Assembly (NCBI GenBank): GCA_047495785.1
Contig: JBLDXI010000029.1
Location: forward strand, 2,542,001-2,606,000
DNA length: 64,000 nt
Direction: 5' to 3'
DNA from: Lepidodermella squamata
Lineage: Eukaryota; Animalia; Gastrotricha
Shown piece by piece: positions 12,648-24,956 of the stretch. The notes under the pieces are model-generated. The model was not told where the DNA came from. It made no database searches and was given only the letters and a program-made list of their open reading frames with translations. The first letter of the stretch is position 1, and each line of letters begins with the position of its first letter. The translations under genes were made by a program, and so were the position numbers.

Positions 12648-14540
12648 AGATTTTATTTTGCAACCTTTGCCTCTCGGCACTCGCGGCGCGTTAACTCATG
12701 CCCGCACTGTGCTTTCATAAAAATATAAAAGCTTTAACAATATTTCATCACATATGTTATAATTATATATAAAACAGGATATTTTTATATGTTTTTTTTT
12801 TCTTCATGCCGTTTTTCATTGATTTCTGTTGATTTTTCGTTGATTTTGTTCTTAGCATTCGATATCTAGCCATACGCGGTTATCAGCTGCGATTGTTTCG
12901 GTTCTGGTTTCGTTTCGCAAATGCCAGGCGGGGCATTTTTGCTCCAAGCTTTGACGGGCTTTTTCATCAGAAGGTGCGATTTCGGCGACGTATTTGATAT
13001 ACTCCGCCATGTCAAGATCAGCCGCTAAGCAGCGGCCTCCATATCGTTCAAAACTTCGATGGAACACTTCTTCGATGGAGTCGACTCCAGCGAAGGCAAG
13101 GGCGTCACAAGGCTCAACTTCGAAGGGCAGATCAAGGAGGGCTCTAAGGCAGTGGGCTTGCAGATCCGTCAGCTGTTTCCAGGATGACAAGGGCATGCAG
13201 CGCAAGGCAGGTGCTCCATAGGCAACCAAGGACTCTAGAAGGGATTTATACAGAAGAACGCAAGTGCGCTTATTAAGTATATTGCGTTTGCAAAGGGCAT
13301 ACAGTGACCCCACCCGGGGCCTGAGCTTCGCGGCTACAACGCTTATGTGGTAGTTCCAGCTCAGCTGAGGCGTCAGGTGAATGCCAAGATAACGGACTCG
13401 GTTGACCTGCAGAATCGGCTGGCCATAGAGCTCAAGGGCGACAGAGGGTGGCGTGCGTCCGTAGTGGCCGAAAACCATCGACTCGCACTTGGCCGGGTTG
13501 AGACGCAATCTCCAGCGATTGCACCATTGTTCGATAACCCGCAGGCGCCTTTGCAGGCGGCTGACGCAGGTGTGGTAGTTCACACCATACGCCCAGTTGA
13601 GCGCGTCGTCGGCAAACGTGCCTTTCGCGACACGATGGGAGCCGTCGTCTGGCTTGGAATCCTTCGGCTGCATTTCTGCAGCATAAAAAATGAATAAAAG
13701 GGGCGACAGTGGCGAGCCTTGCGGCACACCACAGCAGATAGGCCGCGAATCACTAAGTTCAGAGCCGACGCGGACCTGAAATGAGCGGTCGCGCAGAAAG
13801 TCGGACACCCATCTGACGATTGGTTCCGGGGCACCTGATTGCTTCAGCTTGGTTCGAAGACCATCGTGCCAGATGCAATCGAACGCAGCCTTGAAGTCAA
13901 GGAGCAACGCCACCAGCTTGTATCGTTTCGAGATGGAGATGCCAATGTCAGATATGAATCTGAACACTGGGTCGATGGTAGATCGAAGGGACCTAAAGCC
14001 ATATTGATGGCGAGGTAGGATGTTTCTGGACTCTAGGAAGTGATACAGAAATTTTGCAACAATAATTTCAAGTCCTTTGCTCATAGCGGGCAGAAGGGAG
14101 ACAGGTCGATAGGAATCCGCAAGTCTCGAATCCTTACCATCTTTTAGGATTGGTACAATGATCGCGACCTTCCACGCCCTATGGACATAGCCACTGTTGA
14201 GGCTTAACTGGTAGAGGTAGCGCAAGTGGGATGCCGCCCTGTTTCAACAAAACATTCGAAACATTATCGCGGCCGGGGGCCTTCCATTTGAGGCTCTTGA
14301 GCATTTGTCGAACTGCCCATTTAGGTACTTTCACCGTTTGAGCCCTAGGAATAAATTGCAAAGGACGCATACCGTCATCGCTGGCGATTTTGGCTTCTGT
14401 GTCACGCCAGAATTTCAAATCGTCAGGTTTCGTTGAGGTGACTGGCGGACCTTTGACCACGTTGCCAAACGTTTCGGCGAGTAGTTCGGCCTTACCTTAC
14501 TTTTCCGATGCAATAAGCTCAGACTTCTGGTACACGGTTG
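12648..14540 (-). mobile_element. 5'-truncated LINE ORF2 (RT) fragment inserted in the beta-propeller gene; related to the 10.3-11.6 kb element
   Basis: KAPGRDNV, SYRPVSLL, QYGFR, DFKAAFD, GVPQGSPLSP and FADD motifs; frameshift near 14225; the 3' UTR shares a ctctcggc..cggcgcgtt(a/g)actc motif with the first LINE. Confidence 0.88.
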
Positions 14541-14597
14541 CCGAGTAGTCGAAAAATGTTATTGGGTTTTACGAATGGAATGCGAAGGAAGATATGC

Positions 14598-14705
14598 TGT
14601 GGACTCTTCCTCTTCCTTCTCTATCTTCCCTTCTTCTTCTTCCTTCTTCTTCCCTCTATTCTTCCCTCTTCCACTTCTTCCTTAGCTCTTCCTTTTCTTT
14701 CTTTT
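14598..14705. repeat. Polypyrimidine (CTT/CCTT) low-complexity tract
   Basis: ctcttcctcttccttctctatcttcccttcttcttcttccttcttcttccc... Confidence 0.7.
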
Positions 14706-15479
14706 ATAGACGAATTATTGTGTTTTGAGTCACGGACGAGCCAATCAGCTTTCGACAAATTTCAATTTGAAACGTATTAAGGCGCATTTTTTATTTATTT
14801 TTATTCCTTTTTGAATACTGTGTGTGCAATAAAAGTCTTGTTAGTTGCTGTTCACGCGCGCACAGTTCGGCGATTTCAATAAGCGTACCTATAATAAAAG
14901 GAAAACACGCATTTTACAACTCGTGTGAGTCGAGAACGATTATGAGGAAAATGAAGAATAAAACCAGAGCGGGAACAAAACATGACAAAATTAGAAGGCG
15001 CGGTAATAACAGCCGTCAAATCACCTTTCGCCTGTTTCATAGAGAACTAGTGATCACTACGTTCTCTATGGACAGTTTATAACGTAGCTCCTAGCTTGGA
15101 ATAATCACAGGAGCCGTCGCCAGATTCTAAATAAAAATGAATGTTTCTCAGCATTTGAATGTATAGTTTTCCTTTTCCATCAATAATTCGTCGTCGGTGC
15201 GGCCAAAAGTACTATCTCCATGAAAAATCGAAAATGAGATTTTTACAGTTTCGGGCTCAGAATTTAATGCCGGTCATTATTCTGAAAACCGCACCTCAAA
15301 ATTCACCAGGGATCAAAAGTACTATATCCACTTTCGTGCTTTTTTATTGGTTGAAACGAACTGGCAACCTGAAAATTAAGAGAGGTGGAAGATCATTTCA
15401 AATTTATTTCAATATTAGATTCGGAATAAATTATCATTGAAGATGGCATAATTTCATCGCTTTTCTTTCTGAAATGTTT

Positions 15480-15749
15480 TTATTTAGCGGGAGCAGCACC
15501 GGTCTCGACGGCAACCGATTAGGAGAAGTTGTTGGAGGCCGAGTAGCTGCCGCTCTTGCTGCCCTTGCGACCCTTGCCGTGCTTGCCACCGTGCTTCTTG
15601 CCGCCAAACTTCTTGCCGCCGAATTTCTTGCCACCATGGCCCTTCTTGTTGCCATGCTTCTTGGTGTAGCCGCCGAAGGAGCCCGATCGCGAGTACGAGC
15701 CGGACATGGATCCGCGCTTGTGCACGCGCATGAACTTCTTGGTGGAGAC
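15480..15749 (-). pseudogene. 3' fragment of Lys/Gly/Ser-rich gene (copy C) with premature stop
   Basis: Homology starts abruptly at VSTKKF (15749). TAC>TAA at the NFSY codon. The family 3' UTR is retained. Confidence 0.85.
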
Positions 15750-18346
15750 GATCGAATATCAGCCGATCGAAAATAATTTGGGCGTTGAAGCAGCTTCATA
15801 AAATGAAAAATCGATTCCATGAATACGTCGACGCTCTTTGAATATGACGCCGACCTGTTGTACACATTTTCCCACATAAACATTTGAGCCGCCACAAGTG
15901 AAAACCGTGGGTTAGGTCAGTAATTTTTTCAAAGTTGAGATAAAATTATCACCTACTGCAGTTTTTCACGCTGATTTCAAAACTGAAATCCGTTTCTCAA
16001 TCAGGGTTGTGATCGAAAGAAAGGTGTAAATTTGCAATTTTTGTTACGCAACAATGACCGACGCGATAAGAGCCAAATTTTACCTGGCGTTAGCTATACC
16101 TTAGAGATCTGTGACCTGTGGCATGAGACGTACCAGCCAGGACGCAGCGGCTTCGAAGCTCCCGTTATCCGGGTTTGCGTAAAAAAGTAAAAAATCACGT
16201 GACGTGTTTAGCGTAAGTGTTCATAACAATTACTTACGATGGCAAATTTTTTATTCATTAAAAAATAAAATTGCTATCGATAATAAAAATTAAATTAAAT
16301 TCTGACTTTGCATGTTCACAGCTCGGTTAATTTGTCGACTTTTCGTGTCTCCTTTCATACAGTACTACTTTTGAATTTTGCCTACAAGAATCTGAAACCC
16401 GAATTTCATTATTCCGTTGCTTCCCGGAAAGCAAAAATTTTCAACATTTCAAACCGAGGGGTGTTTTTTTTTAATTTTTTTTTTCAATCGAAGAAATCGG
16501 CATATCAAAAATATGTTCTCCCAGATCTGACTTGACAGCCATGTCCGGCAGGGTCTCATTGACTACCTATTCCGTTTTCATGACTTTTTATGAAAAACTG
16601 GCAACCTGGCTGACGAATCCTATGAATTCATCCGGATGAATCTATATTAAAAAAAACTAGGGTGATTGAAATGTTCAGTGAAATCAGAACCTGGCGCGAA
16701 CTATGCGCCCAAGTGCCTAGTTTGGCATAATGTTGTCGATTTTCCGACTATTTTCCGACTGGGGAAATTCAGTTTCTTCCCAACAAAGGGAAATTCACTT
16801 GTGGCGCTTCTGCAACAGTGACAGTCACCATTCCGACTGTTGACAATTCCGTACTTTACGCAGCTTCGTTAAGCGAAGATTCTCGACTCTTTGTATCACA
16901 TGCCTTCTCGTTGACACAGATAGACGCCGAAAGTGGGGAAATTCTTGACACACTTCAATTTCAAGACCCCACCTTGTTTACCTCGGCAGCAAGCAGGTTC
17001 ATACCGTTGTTAACTGGAAATCGAGCTATTGTCGCTTCTAAGACCTGCCTCGTCGACATCTTCACGAATTGTGAGGTGAAATTCCACGGTATTGACATAA
17101 CAAGAGGCGCGAAGATGGCTGTCGATTGGACTTACAAATTCAGCTCATCTTGGACCGATTCACCTGCCGATATGGCCACGGATGGAAAGCACATCTATGC
17201 GCCGAGATATTCTACTAATGAATTGGTTGTCATTGACGTTATCACCGGAAACTTGGTCGCGGTTTTTCCATGTGTCAAGTGGGGCAAGGGTGTAAGTGCA
17301 CGGCCTAACACTATAGTAACGGATGAGTTCATCTTCTCCGAAATATGTAAAGGGTTAACCGTCATGTACAAAAAAACTGGCATCATCATTGATGGAACGC
17401 ATGAGCAGGTCGCTGGGCTGTCTTATTATAACAATGCGCTGTATTTCCGGTACTATGATGAAGCAATGAATAAGCAAGCAATCGGAGCTGTTAGCTTACA
17501 AGCAAGTAAATCTATCAGCCCGAAGTCTGTTGGAAGCTTAGGAATCACTTCTCTTTGTGCTATTTTCGCCGTTTTCAGTGCCTTCTAATTGAACAACAAT
17601 TACGCATCACATTATATCGAAGCTATATTATTGAGCTCTCATTCTGATTCATCGTTTTTCTTCGACGCCTATCCTCTTTACGTTGAGCCTTGTGAATCTT
17701 TTGATACTACTCGTTGTCGATTTTTTATAATCGCTGCAAGAGAGATGAAGGGCCCAATAAATTTTTTTTAATATTCATGTCAAATTTGAGCCACGTATAA
17801 TGTTATATAGATTTAGGCTGATCGGACGAGAATCCTGAAATCTGACGACATTTTGATACATACACGCATTTTGATAATACCGTAATACTGTTCACTGTTT
17901 AGACAAAATATTATTTGTGAACATTTTAGTTGAGCAAACGCCAATTTAAAACACCCTCACCCAAGCAACAACTTTTGTTCTATTCTGCCATCGTCGTAAT
18001 TAATGAATTATTAATGTTGCTTTCCAAGCATCGTAAGTGTGTTTTTTCCACTGCTTACCTGGAAGGTCGCCTTTTTTCAGGCCAAAGGGTGTGTGACCTT
18101 AAATATAAATGACGCCGACTGGTGTTCCAAATTACTTCTCACGGTTTCTAGAATTACTTCGGAAATTTACTCAGGTGTGTAATATCAGCGGAAAATTACC
18201 GTGTTTATCTGAAAGCCGAACTTCCTATCAAGTGAATAAAAAATAATAAGTGCCAGGAGTAATTAGGGCCAGACTATATATATATTAAAACCAGGTCACG
18301 CATTTATTGCGCGCATTTTGTCTCGTTGACCTTAAATTTTAAAACC

Positions 18347-18885
18347 ATGATTTCTTCGAAGTTTTGTTTCTTTTTCGCTGCTATTTTTGCGTTAGCAGCG
18401 GCACGTGTCGATGACAAGTGTTTGAAATGCATATGCCAGGTAATTAGACGATACCTAATTGCGGCATATTTACTGAAGTGTTTTTTTTAAGGTGGAGAGC
18501 AACTGTAATGTTAACTTCGGCTGTATAATGGACCTCGGCTCGCTGTCTTGCGGTCCGTACCAAATCAAGCAAGTCTACCACACCGATTGCAAGGAGAAAG
18601 GCGGCGTCGATTCCGACTGGAAAAAGTGCTCAAATTCAATGGCTTGTTCAGAGAAATGCATTAATAATTATATGGACCGTTACGGAACCTATTGCACAGG
18701 TGGAAAGGCACCAACTTGTGAGGTATAGCTAACATTTGTCACCCGTACAACTTCGCCATATAAATTATTGCGCCGTTAATTAGGACCACGCTCGAATTCA
18801 CAACGGAGGCCCGAAAGGTTGCAAATCAAGCTCGACTGATGTTTACTGGAAAAAGGTCAAAGCCTGCCTCGACAAGTCAGGTTAG
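18347..18885 (+). CDS. Invertebrate (i-type/destabilase) lysozyme; exons 18347-18439, 18492-18722, 18784-18885
   Basis: Signal peptide; CLKCICQVES (catalytic Glu), MDLGSLSCGPYQIK, ARIHNGGPKGC...YWKKV; phase-0 GT-AG introns. Confidence 0.95.
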
Positions 18886-19280
18886 GCTCTTGATACGCAA
18901 GTTCCTACAAACAATATATTCCTGTATATGATTACCATGACCCTATAACTCTAATTCCTCTGATTATTTTGCTTGCTCTTTTCGCACACAATATTTGCAT
19001 AATACCGATTATTTGGATATAAAAAATGGCTCGCGACGTGGAGGCGAACCTGGACACTATTAGTCTGTTAGACCAACTAAAACGTAACTAAAATTCAACC
19101 ATCGGACTGAGTCATAGCGGGCAATTTTTACGCAACATCTCTTGTTTTACTGTCTCGAGGAAAACTGCGAATAGCACAGGAGTATCACATCGAATGGTAT
19201 CACAATTTTTCCCAAGCAAAGTTCTTTATCATTGCGCATTATTGCTCATCTTCTCTTTGGCTATGGTATTCGGCTTTCAT

Positions 19281-20582
19281 TTAGGCGGTCTTGACGGTGA
19301 CGGGCTTGACATCGCAGGTACGGCGGTTGATGGCGTTGATGCCGCCGAAGGCCTGGACGGCGGCGTTGAAGTCTCCGAAGGCGGGCAGCTTGTTGTACAG
19401 CTCGGACATGGTCGGGCACTTGGCGATCTCCTCGGTGGTCATCTTCGGCAGCTGGCACTCGACGACGAGGTGGCCCTCCTGGGTCAGGCACGACTTGAGC
19501 TCAACCTTGGTCAGGTCGATCTTGGCAAGGGTCTATAAAGATAGGACCATTAACATTAGATTAGACTGAAGGTTCAATGATTTACTAACCTCGGGCAGGA
19601 CGAACTTGCGCGAGTACTTGCGGGCGACGGTGTGCTCCTTGCCGTCCTTGGCCTCGTGGGCAGCCTCGACGACGACGGCGCGCTCGGCCTTGTTCAGGGT
19701 GACGGTGACTTCCTCAGGCTTGAAGCCCTTGAGCTCGAAGCACAGGTACAGCTGGCGGTTGCCCTCGACGTCGATCATGCGGATCGGGTGGGTCAGGGTG
19801 TAGAGCTCGACCTCGGAGGACGGGCGGAAGGCGATGTTGTACAGCTTGTTGTCAGCCGACAGGGTGTTCGACCAGGTGTTGGCGCCGAAGGTGGTCGGGT
19901 AGTTGAGGCCACCGAAGCGCTCGAACGAGCCGGTCCAGTTGTTGGCGAGGCGGGCACCACCGAAGCGCGACTCGGCGACGCGGGCGGCGATGACGTAGCA
20001 CTGCTTGGCGCAGACATCGGCGAAGAGCTCGGCGCCGATGCGGGCGGCGAACTCGGCGGTGTAGATGGCACCCAGGCGCTGGGCGATGATGGCACCCAGT
20101 TCGGCGCCGTGCTCGGCTCCGAAGGTGTAGCACCAGCGGGCGCACTGCTCGACCGGCCAGCCGTTGACGAGCTTGACGGCGAGCTCGGCACCCAGCTTGG
20201 CGCACATCTCGGCTCCCCACTGGGCGCCGATGCGGACGGCCACCTCCTGGCCGACGAAGGTGTTGAGGCGGGCGGCGACGATGGCGGCCAGCTGGGCACC
20301 GCACTCGGCACCGAAGACGCGGCCGGTCTCGGCTCCGCACTCGATCGGCGAGGCGAAGGTGTTGTAGGCGATCGGGGACGAGGCGAAGGCGTTGACGTTG
20401 TGGATGCCGGCGGCGGCGGCGGCGAACGGGGTCGGGACGGCGGCGTTGATGAGGCTGCGCTCAACAGACGACGGCGAGTAGATGTCGACCTTGTTGCGGA
20501 GCAGGCTCTCGACGTTCATCGGGCTGGTGTAGCCAGCAGCAGCAGCGAAGGTCGAGGGGATCGAGGTGTATGAGCAGGCCAT
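19281..20582 (-). CDS. Long small heat-shock protein, copy 2 (~414 aa; exons 19590-20582 and 19281-19532)
   Basis: Near-identical coding sequence to copy 1 with small in-frame indels; same intron position but unrelated intron sequence. Confidence 0.88.
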
Positions 20583-20847
20583 TTTAAAGTTTGAAGAGGA
20601 TCAAAACACGAACGAAAATGAAAGCGAGAAGATTGCTGTGAGCTTTAAATTACAAAAGCAGGTGATGATTTCATCGTAGAATATCGGCCCTATTTTATAG
20701 TCGAACTGTTTTGACGGCACGCGATTTTAATTTTCGTGTCACACTGCTTCATTTTTCAACACAGGAAAGAACATCTCGGCGCGTGTCAAAACTACGCCGC
20801 GTTTTACTTGCCACTCAATTTTGAAAAACACCTTTATTATCTTTTAT

Positions 20848-23517
20848 TCAGGAGTAGAATAGATGACTATAATTGGGCACTATATAGAACAAGAAAACTG
20901 GAGTCGCTGCGATAAAAAAGATGTAAGACACAAGAACAAATCGGTCCATTACATCCGCTATAAATTCCCATCGATGAATTCGATAGATCTCCAGGGCCCT
21001 TTTCTGATCTCTTTCTGCCTGTTCACTGGCAAAGAGCTTCCTCCCGCCATTCGTATCATCTGTGTCCCGATTTAGGCCGAATAATTCGCCTTCCTTGTGA
21101 TATAACGAGAAATAAGTTCCAGTCAACATTGCGTTGTAATCGGGCCCTGTTTCGTCGCTGATCAGAGGTTTCCGCGGCTTTTTGACCCTGAAAACCGGAG
21201 CAATCACCTCAGCACCCCGGTACAGCCACTCCGGCACTTCCTGTTGACGGCGTTGATCGCGGCTTTTTCGATAACAAACAAAAACTACGCCCTCGCCCAA
21301 CATCGCCAGACAAATGTAAAGCATTGATAAATCGATGTAGTAGCAAAGCAAAGGAATTCGATCTGAAGACCGCGGTATGTCATCGATTATCATAAGTTGG
21401 AAAACGCCATATGCCAAGAGACACGTGAAAGATAGCTCCAACTTCTCGCTATCGTTGACTTCGGCGGTGAAGGTGGCAACCTCGGCTAGGGAAATAATCA
21501 AAGATGGGACTATGACATTGATCAAGTAATATCCGATTTTTCGCTTGATTGTCAGATCAAACTCGACCCTTGAAAAGGTATTTGTTGGGATGACGTATTG
21601 AACCCGTTTTGAACGCTGGGCAGTTCCAGTCAACTGCCATTGCTCATTTTCTATCCACCATCTCTGTTGAATTGTATCGCCAAAGTGGAAAATTTGAAAT
21701 TCGATCGTGTATCGCCAACTTTCGAGAATCAACGTGCAGTTTTGCGAGTCGAATGGGAAAAGCCGGAGATCGAAATCGCAGAAGGCTCGGAAGGTTCCGC
21801 CTGGCCGGTAGGAGACGTAGCCGTTGCTGGAAACTCGCACCTTTTCTTCGCCATACATCAACAGCAGCTCGTAGTGCTGCTCCGAGTTGATCATGGCTAT
21901 TTCTGGTATCCAAATCTTGTCATGAGGAAGAGTTACGCTGGGGACGCAAGCGTGAGGGAAAGTCTTGTTCCATGAATGAAATTCGTCGAACCAGTACTAA
22001 ACATGAAATCGGGATGCTTAGATACAAAATCAAAATTATATGTAAAATTTCTCACAAAAAGCAGATAGCCAGAGAGCTTCAACGACTTTTCCCGCTCGAT
22101 CTTTGGAAAGAAAAAAAAAGAAAAAAATTGCTTTTGAAATAAAGAGAATGGTTATACCTGAAAATTAAGAAGCGCCTACATTACATTTTTTTAATTTTTT
22201 CAATCTCAAATAAAATCAGCCTTTAATCTCAAAATTTTCAATTTTTTTCCGAAAAATCATCATCCATGCCATATAATATTGAAGCCTATTACTGATCCAT
22301 TATTGCCGGACTCGATGAAACGCTAATTTGTAAATCACATCACGAGTGTGAATTAAATTGGGAAAAATGGGGCTGAAACTAGATTTTTCCACGGTATAAA
22401 GTCGATTCGATTTTAGGCTTAAAACAGCAGATCTATTTTCTTGATTTTTCAACTAATTTCTAATACCAGAATTCCCCTAAAAAATGCGCGCTGTTTTCAT
22501 CATAGCTGCAGTGGTTCTCATGGCTATTGGTATATTTCGATATTTCTTTTAATTGATGCATACAACTATTGAATTTTTAGCCATCTCCGAAGCCGATGCT
22601 GGCCGTGGAAACAAGGGCACAAGTGTTTCGAAGAGCGTCTCCATCAGCGTGTCGTACAACCGGCAGCCGAAGAAGCACGCGATGAAGAAGCGCCCGGCCA
22701 AGAAGGCCTTCGTCGCTGGGCGCAAGCACCGCCGTGCCTCGTTCTCCAAGTCCGTGTCCGCGTCGGTGTCGGCCCGCACGAACAAGCACACCCGCAAGGT
22801 CTCCACCAAGAAGTTCATGCGCGTGCACAAGCGCGGATCCATGTCCGGCTCGTACTCGCGGTCGGGCTCCTTCGGCGGCTACAACAAGAAGGGCGGCAAC
22901 AAGCGCCACGGTGGCAAGAAGTTTGGTGGCAAGAAGGGCGGCAAGCACGGCAAGAAGGGCCGCAAGGACAGCAAGAGCGGCAGCTACTCGGCCTCCAACA
23001 ACTTCTCCTACTCGGTTGCCGTCGAAACCGGTGCTGCCCACGAATGAAAACAAAACCCTCGACTCGGCGTGACATAATGATGACCCGCCAATGGGCAATG
23101 GGCCCTTATTTATTTTGAAATAAAATTATGAAAAATTCTAATTTACGGCTTTTCTTAATCGCGAAATCACATAATCTTACAATTTGTTTAAATTTGCGAA
23201 TAAGGAAAATCTCAACAAACCACGTCGTTTATTGAAGATATAACCAGTCTGATTTCGATATTGATCGGCTTGTTGCTTTTCAGCAGCGGCCTGACCCAGG
23301 TTTCGTGCTTACCGAACACATCCCTTGCTATAATATACTCATTAACCGAGACATTCCGGCACAAGGCTGAACTCGGCGGAATAGCTTGCACCAACGGTTT
23401 AGGAACGATGTCATCCCACCAGTTGTCAGTCAAGGAACTCGAGTTTGTCGCAAATTGCTGAGCATTAGTTTTTACTATCAGAGAAATAATAAGCAAAAGT
23501 GACATAAGCAAAATCAT
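20848..23517 (-). CDS. Divergent Cys-loop ligand-gated ion channel subunit (nAChR/5-HT3-like, non-alpha; ~496 aa; exons 23221-23517, 22056-22100, 20848-21996)
   Basis: Signal peptide; VRP; the typical 45-nt exon; IWIPEI; Cys loop [15 protein letters not shown]; M1 [10 protein letters not shown]; M2 [12 protein letters not shown]; M4 DRFVL. No vicinal Cys in loop C. Confidence 0.9.
22484..23047 (+). CDS. Secreted basic Lys/Gly/Ser-rich protein, copy D, nested antisense in intron 1 of the Cys-loop gene (exons 22484-22529 and 22581-23047)
   Basis: [15 protein letters not shown] + 51-nt intron + AISEADA|GRGNKG...; TATAAA at ~22395, AATAAA at ~23119. Confidence 0.88.
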
Positions 23518-24133
23518 TCCTCGGATTTGCCTGGTGATCGCGATCGTAAATAAGTACCTAGTCTGTCGGCATTTGATTGCGTGACGAGGTTAGTTTAGGT
23601 TCTTTATAATTGTGCGGCTAAATTATTCAGGATTAATTTTTTTCTGCAGTAATTTCAAGAAAATTCGCAGGACAATATTTTCATCATATACTTCTTTGGG
23701 GGGGCGATTTCTTATAGTCCCAGAAAAAGCAATCCGTTGATCCATTGGGATTTCAGTTGACGTATCGACTTATATCATTGAACCATAGTTTTTTAGGTCA
23801 AAGACATTTAAAGGTGCCTTATTTCAGTTCGAACTTCAAAATTCATTTCAGGTAGATGATTGGAAATCGAATCGAATCGAACTTATTTTCTAGCATAAAG
23901 TAGAAAAAGGTTAATTATTCATTTTCACAATTTTCATGGTAATTTTGTGGAACCCGCTAACATTTCACCATTAATCACACGAACTACGTGGGTTTGCTGT
24001 TCTTGATTGAAGTAGAAAGAAACGAGAGCTCGAGAGCCCATTTTTAATGAACAAACATCATAACAACGGGTGCAAATCTGCGCTCGATATGCAACGCCTA
24101 ACATTTCAATTTAACACAATTTGTTTTACTAAA

Positions 24134-24672
24134 ATGTATTCTGTATCGCTCGTAGTTTTTGTTGTTCTGGCTTACTGCTTCTGTTTTACCTTAGCTGCAG
24201 GTAAGAATTGTTATTTCTCGATGCAGCGATTGGCAATTTTACTTTAATAGTATTTACTCCGCTACAATGCATAACCCACGACGAAACGGCTGACTCTGAA
24301 CTGAAACTTCCAACGCCGAATGATCGGTGCTATGGAGCTTACTGCTTCAAAAGTACCCGGACGACCAAAAATAGCTCGTTCACCTCGCGAGGATGTGCAG
24401 CTAAATGTACCGGTTCGTCGAATTTTTGGGGTTTTTCGTCATAATTTTACAGAATTTTTTAATCATAGAGGGCGAACTGCTGTCAACGGTGAACACCAGA
24501 ATATCAACTTATTGCTGCATTTGGTCGTATGTTTTTTAATCATTAATATTTTCCCGGTTGACTGTTACCTTGTTGTCCATACAGAGATCTATGCAATGTT
24601 GGCAGCTGGCCGAAAGTCATTCCTGGACTTTTGGAGACATTGTTCGTGTTGGTTTTTGTGGCAATAAACTAA
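24134..24672 (+). CDS. Ly6/uPAR (three-finger) GPI-anchored protein, copy 1 (4 exons)
   Basis: Signal exon; LQC...RCYGAYCFK...RGCAAKC; YCC..DLCN; hydrophobic GPI-like tail; three ~50-60 nt introns. Confidence 0.8.
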
Positions 24673-24956
24673 TAAGACCTAAGTGGACCTGGCCTCTTAA
24701 TTCCCAAGGACCAGCGTGTTGTCGATCTTACATACGCAGTTGGCAGCCATTGGATTTCAAATTTTTATATTATTTTTTCGCGCTCTGAAATTTGTTGAGT
24801 TCTTTTATTAGCTTTCAATATGAGAAGAATAAAATCGGTGACCTAAAATGTGACTTGATGGCTTCTAACCTGAAATGTTCTGAAGCCAAGATTCGGCATA
24901 TTTTTTAAATTATTTTTAAATTAAATTCGGCATAAACGAGAAATGATCGACGCGCC

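Larger units (their letters stand above)
12132..17588 (+). pseudogene. Secreted PQQ/BamB-type beta-propeller protein with hydrophobic C-terminus; frameshifted and split by a ~4.1 kb insertion block
   Basis: The 5' part 12132-~12645 (signal peptide, WTNLGGDQAHTGY) has a 7-bp tandem duplication (ggttacg x2, ~12360-12373) that shifts the frame. The 3' part ~16770-17588 aligns with the paralogue at 37.9-38.6 kb (VTIPT...SLS.DSRLFVSHAFSLTQ.DA). Fold call is from motif recognition only. Confidence 0.65.
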
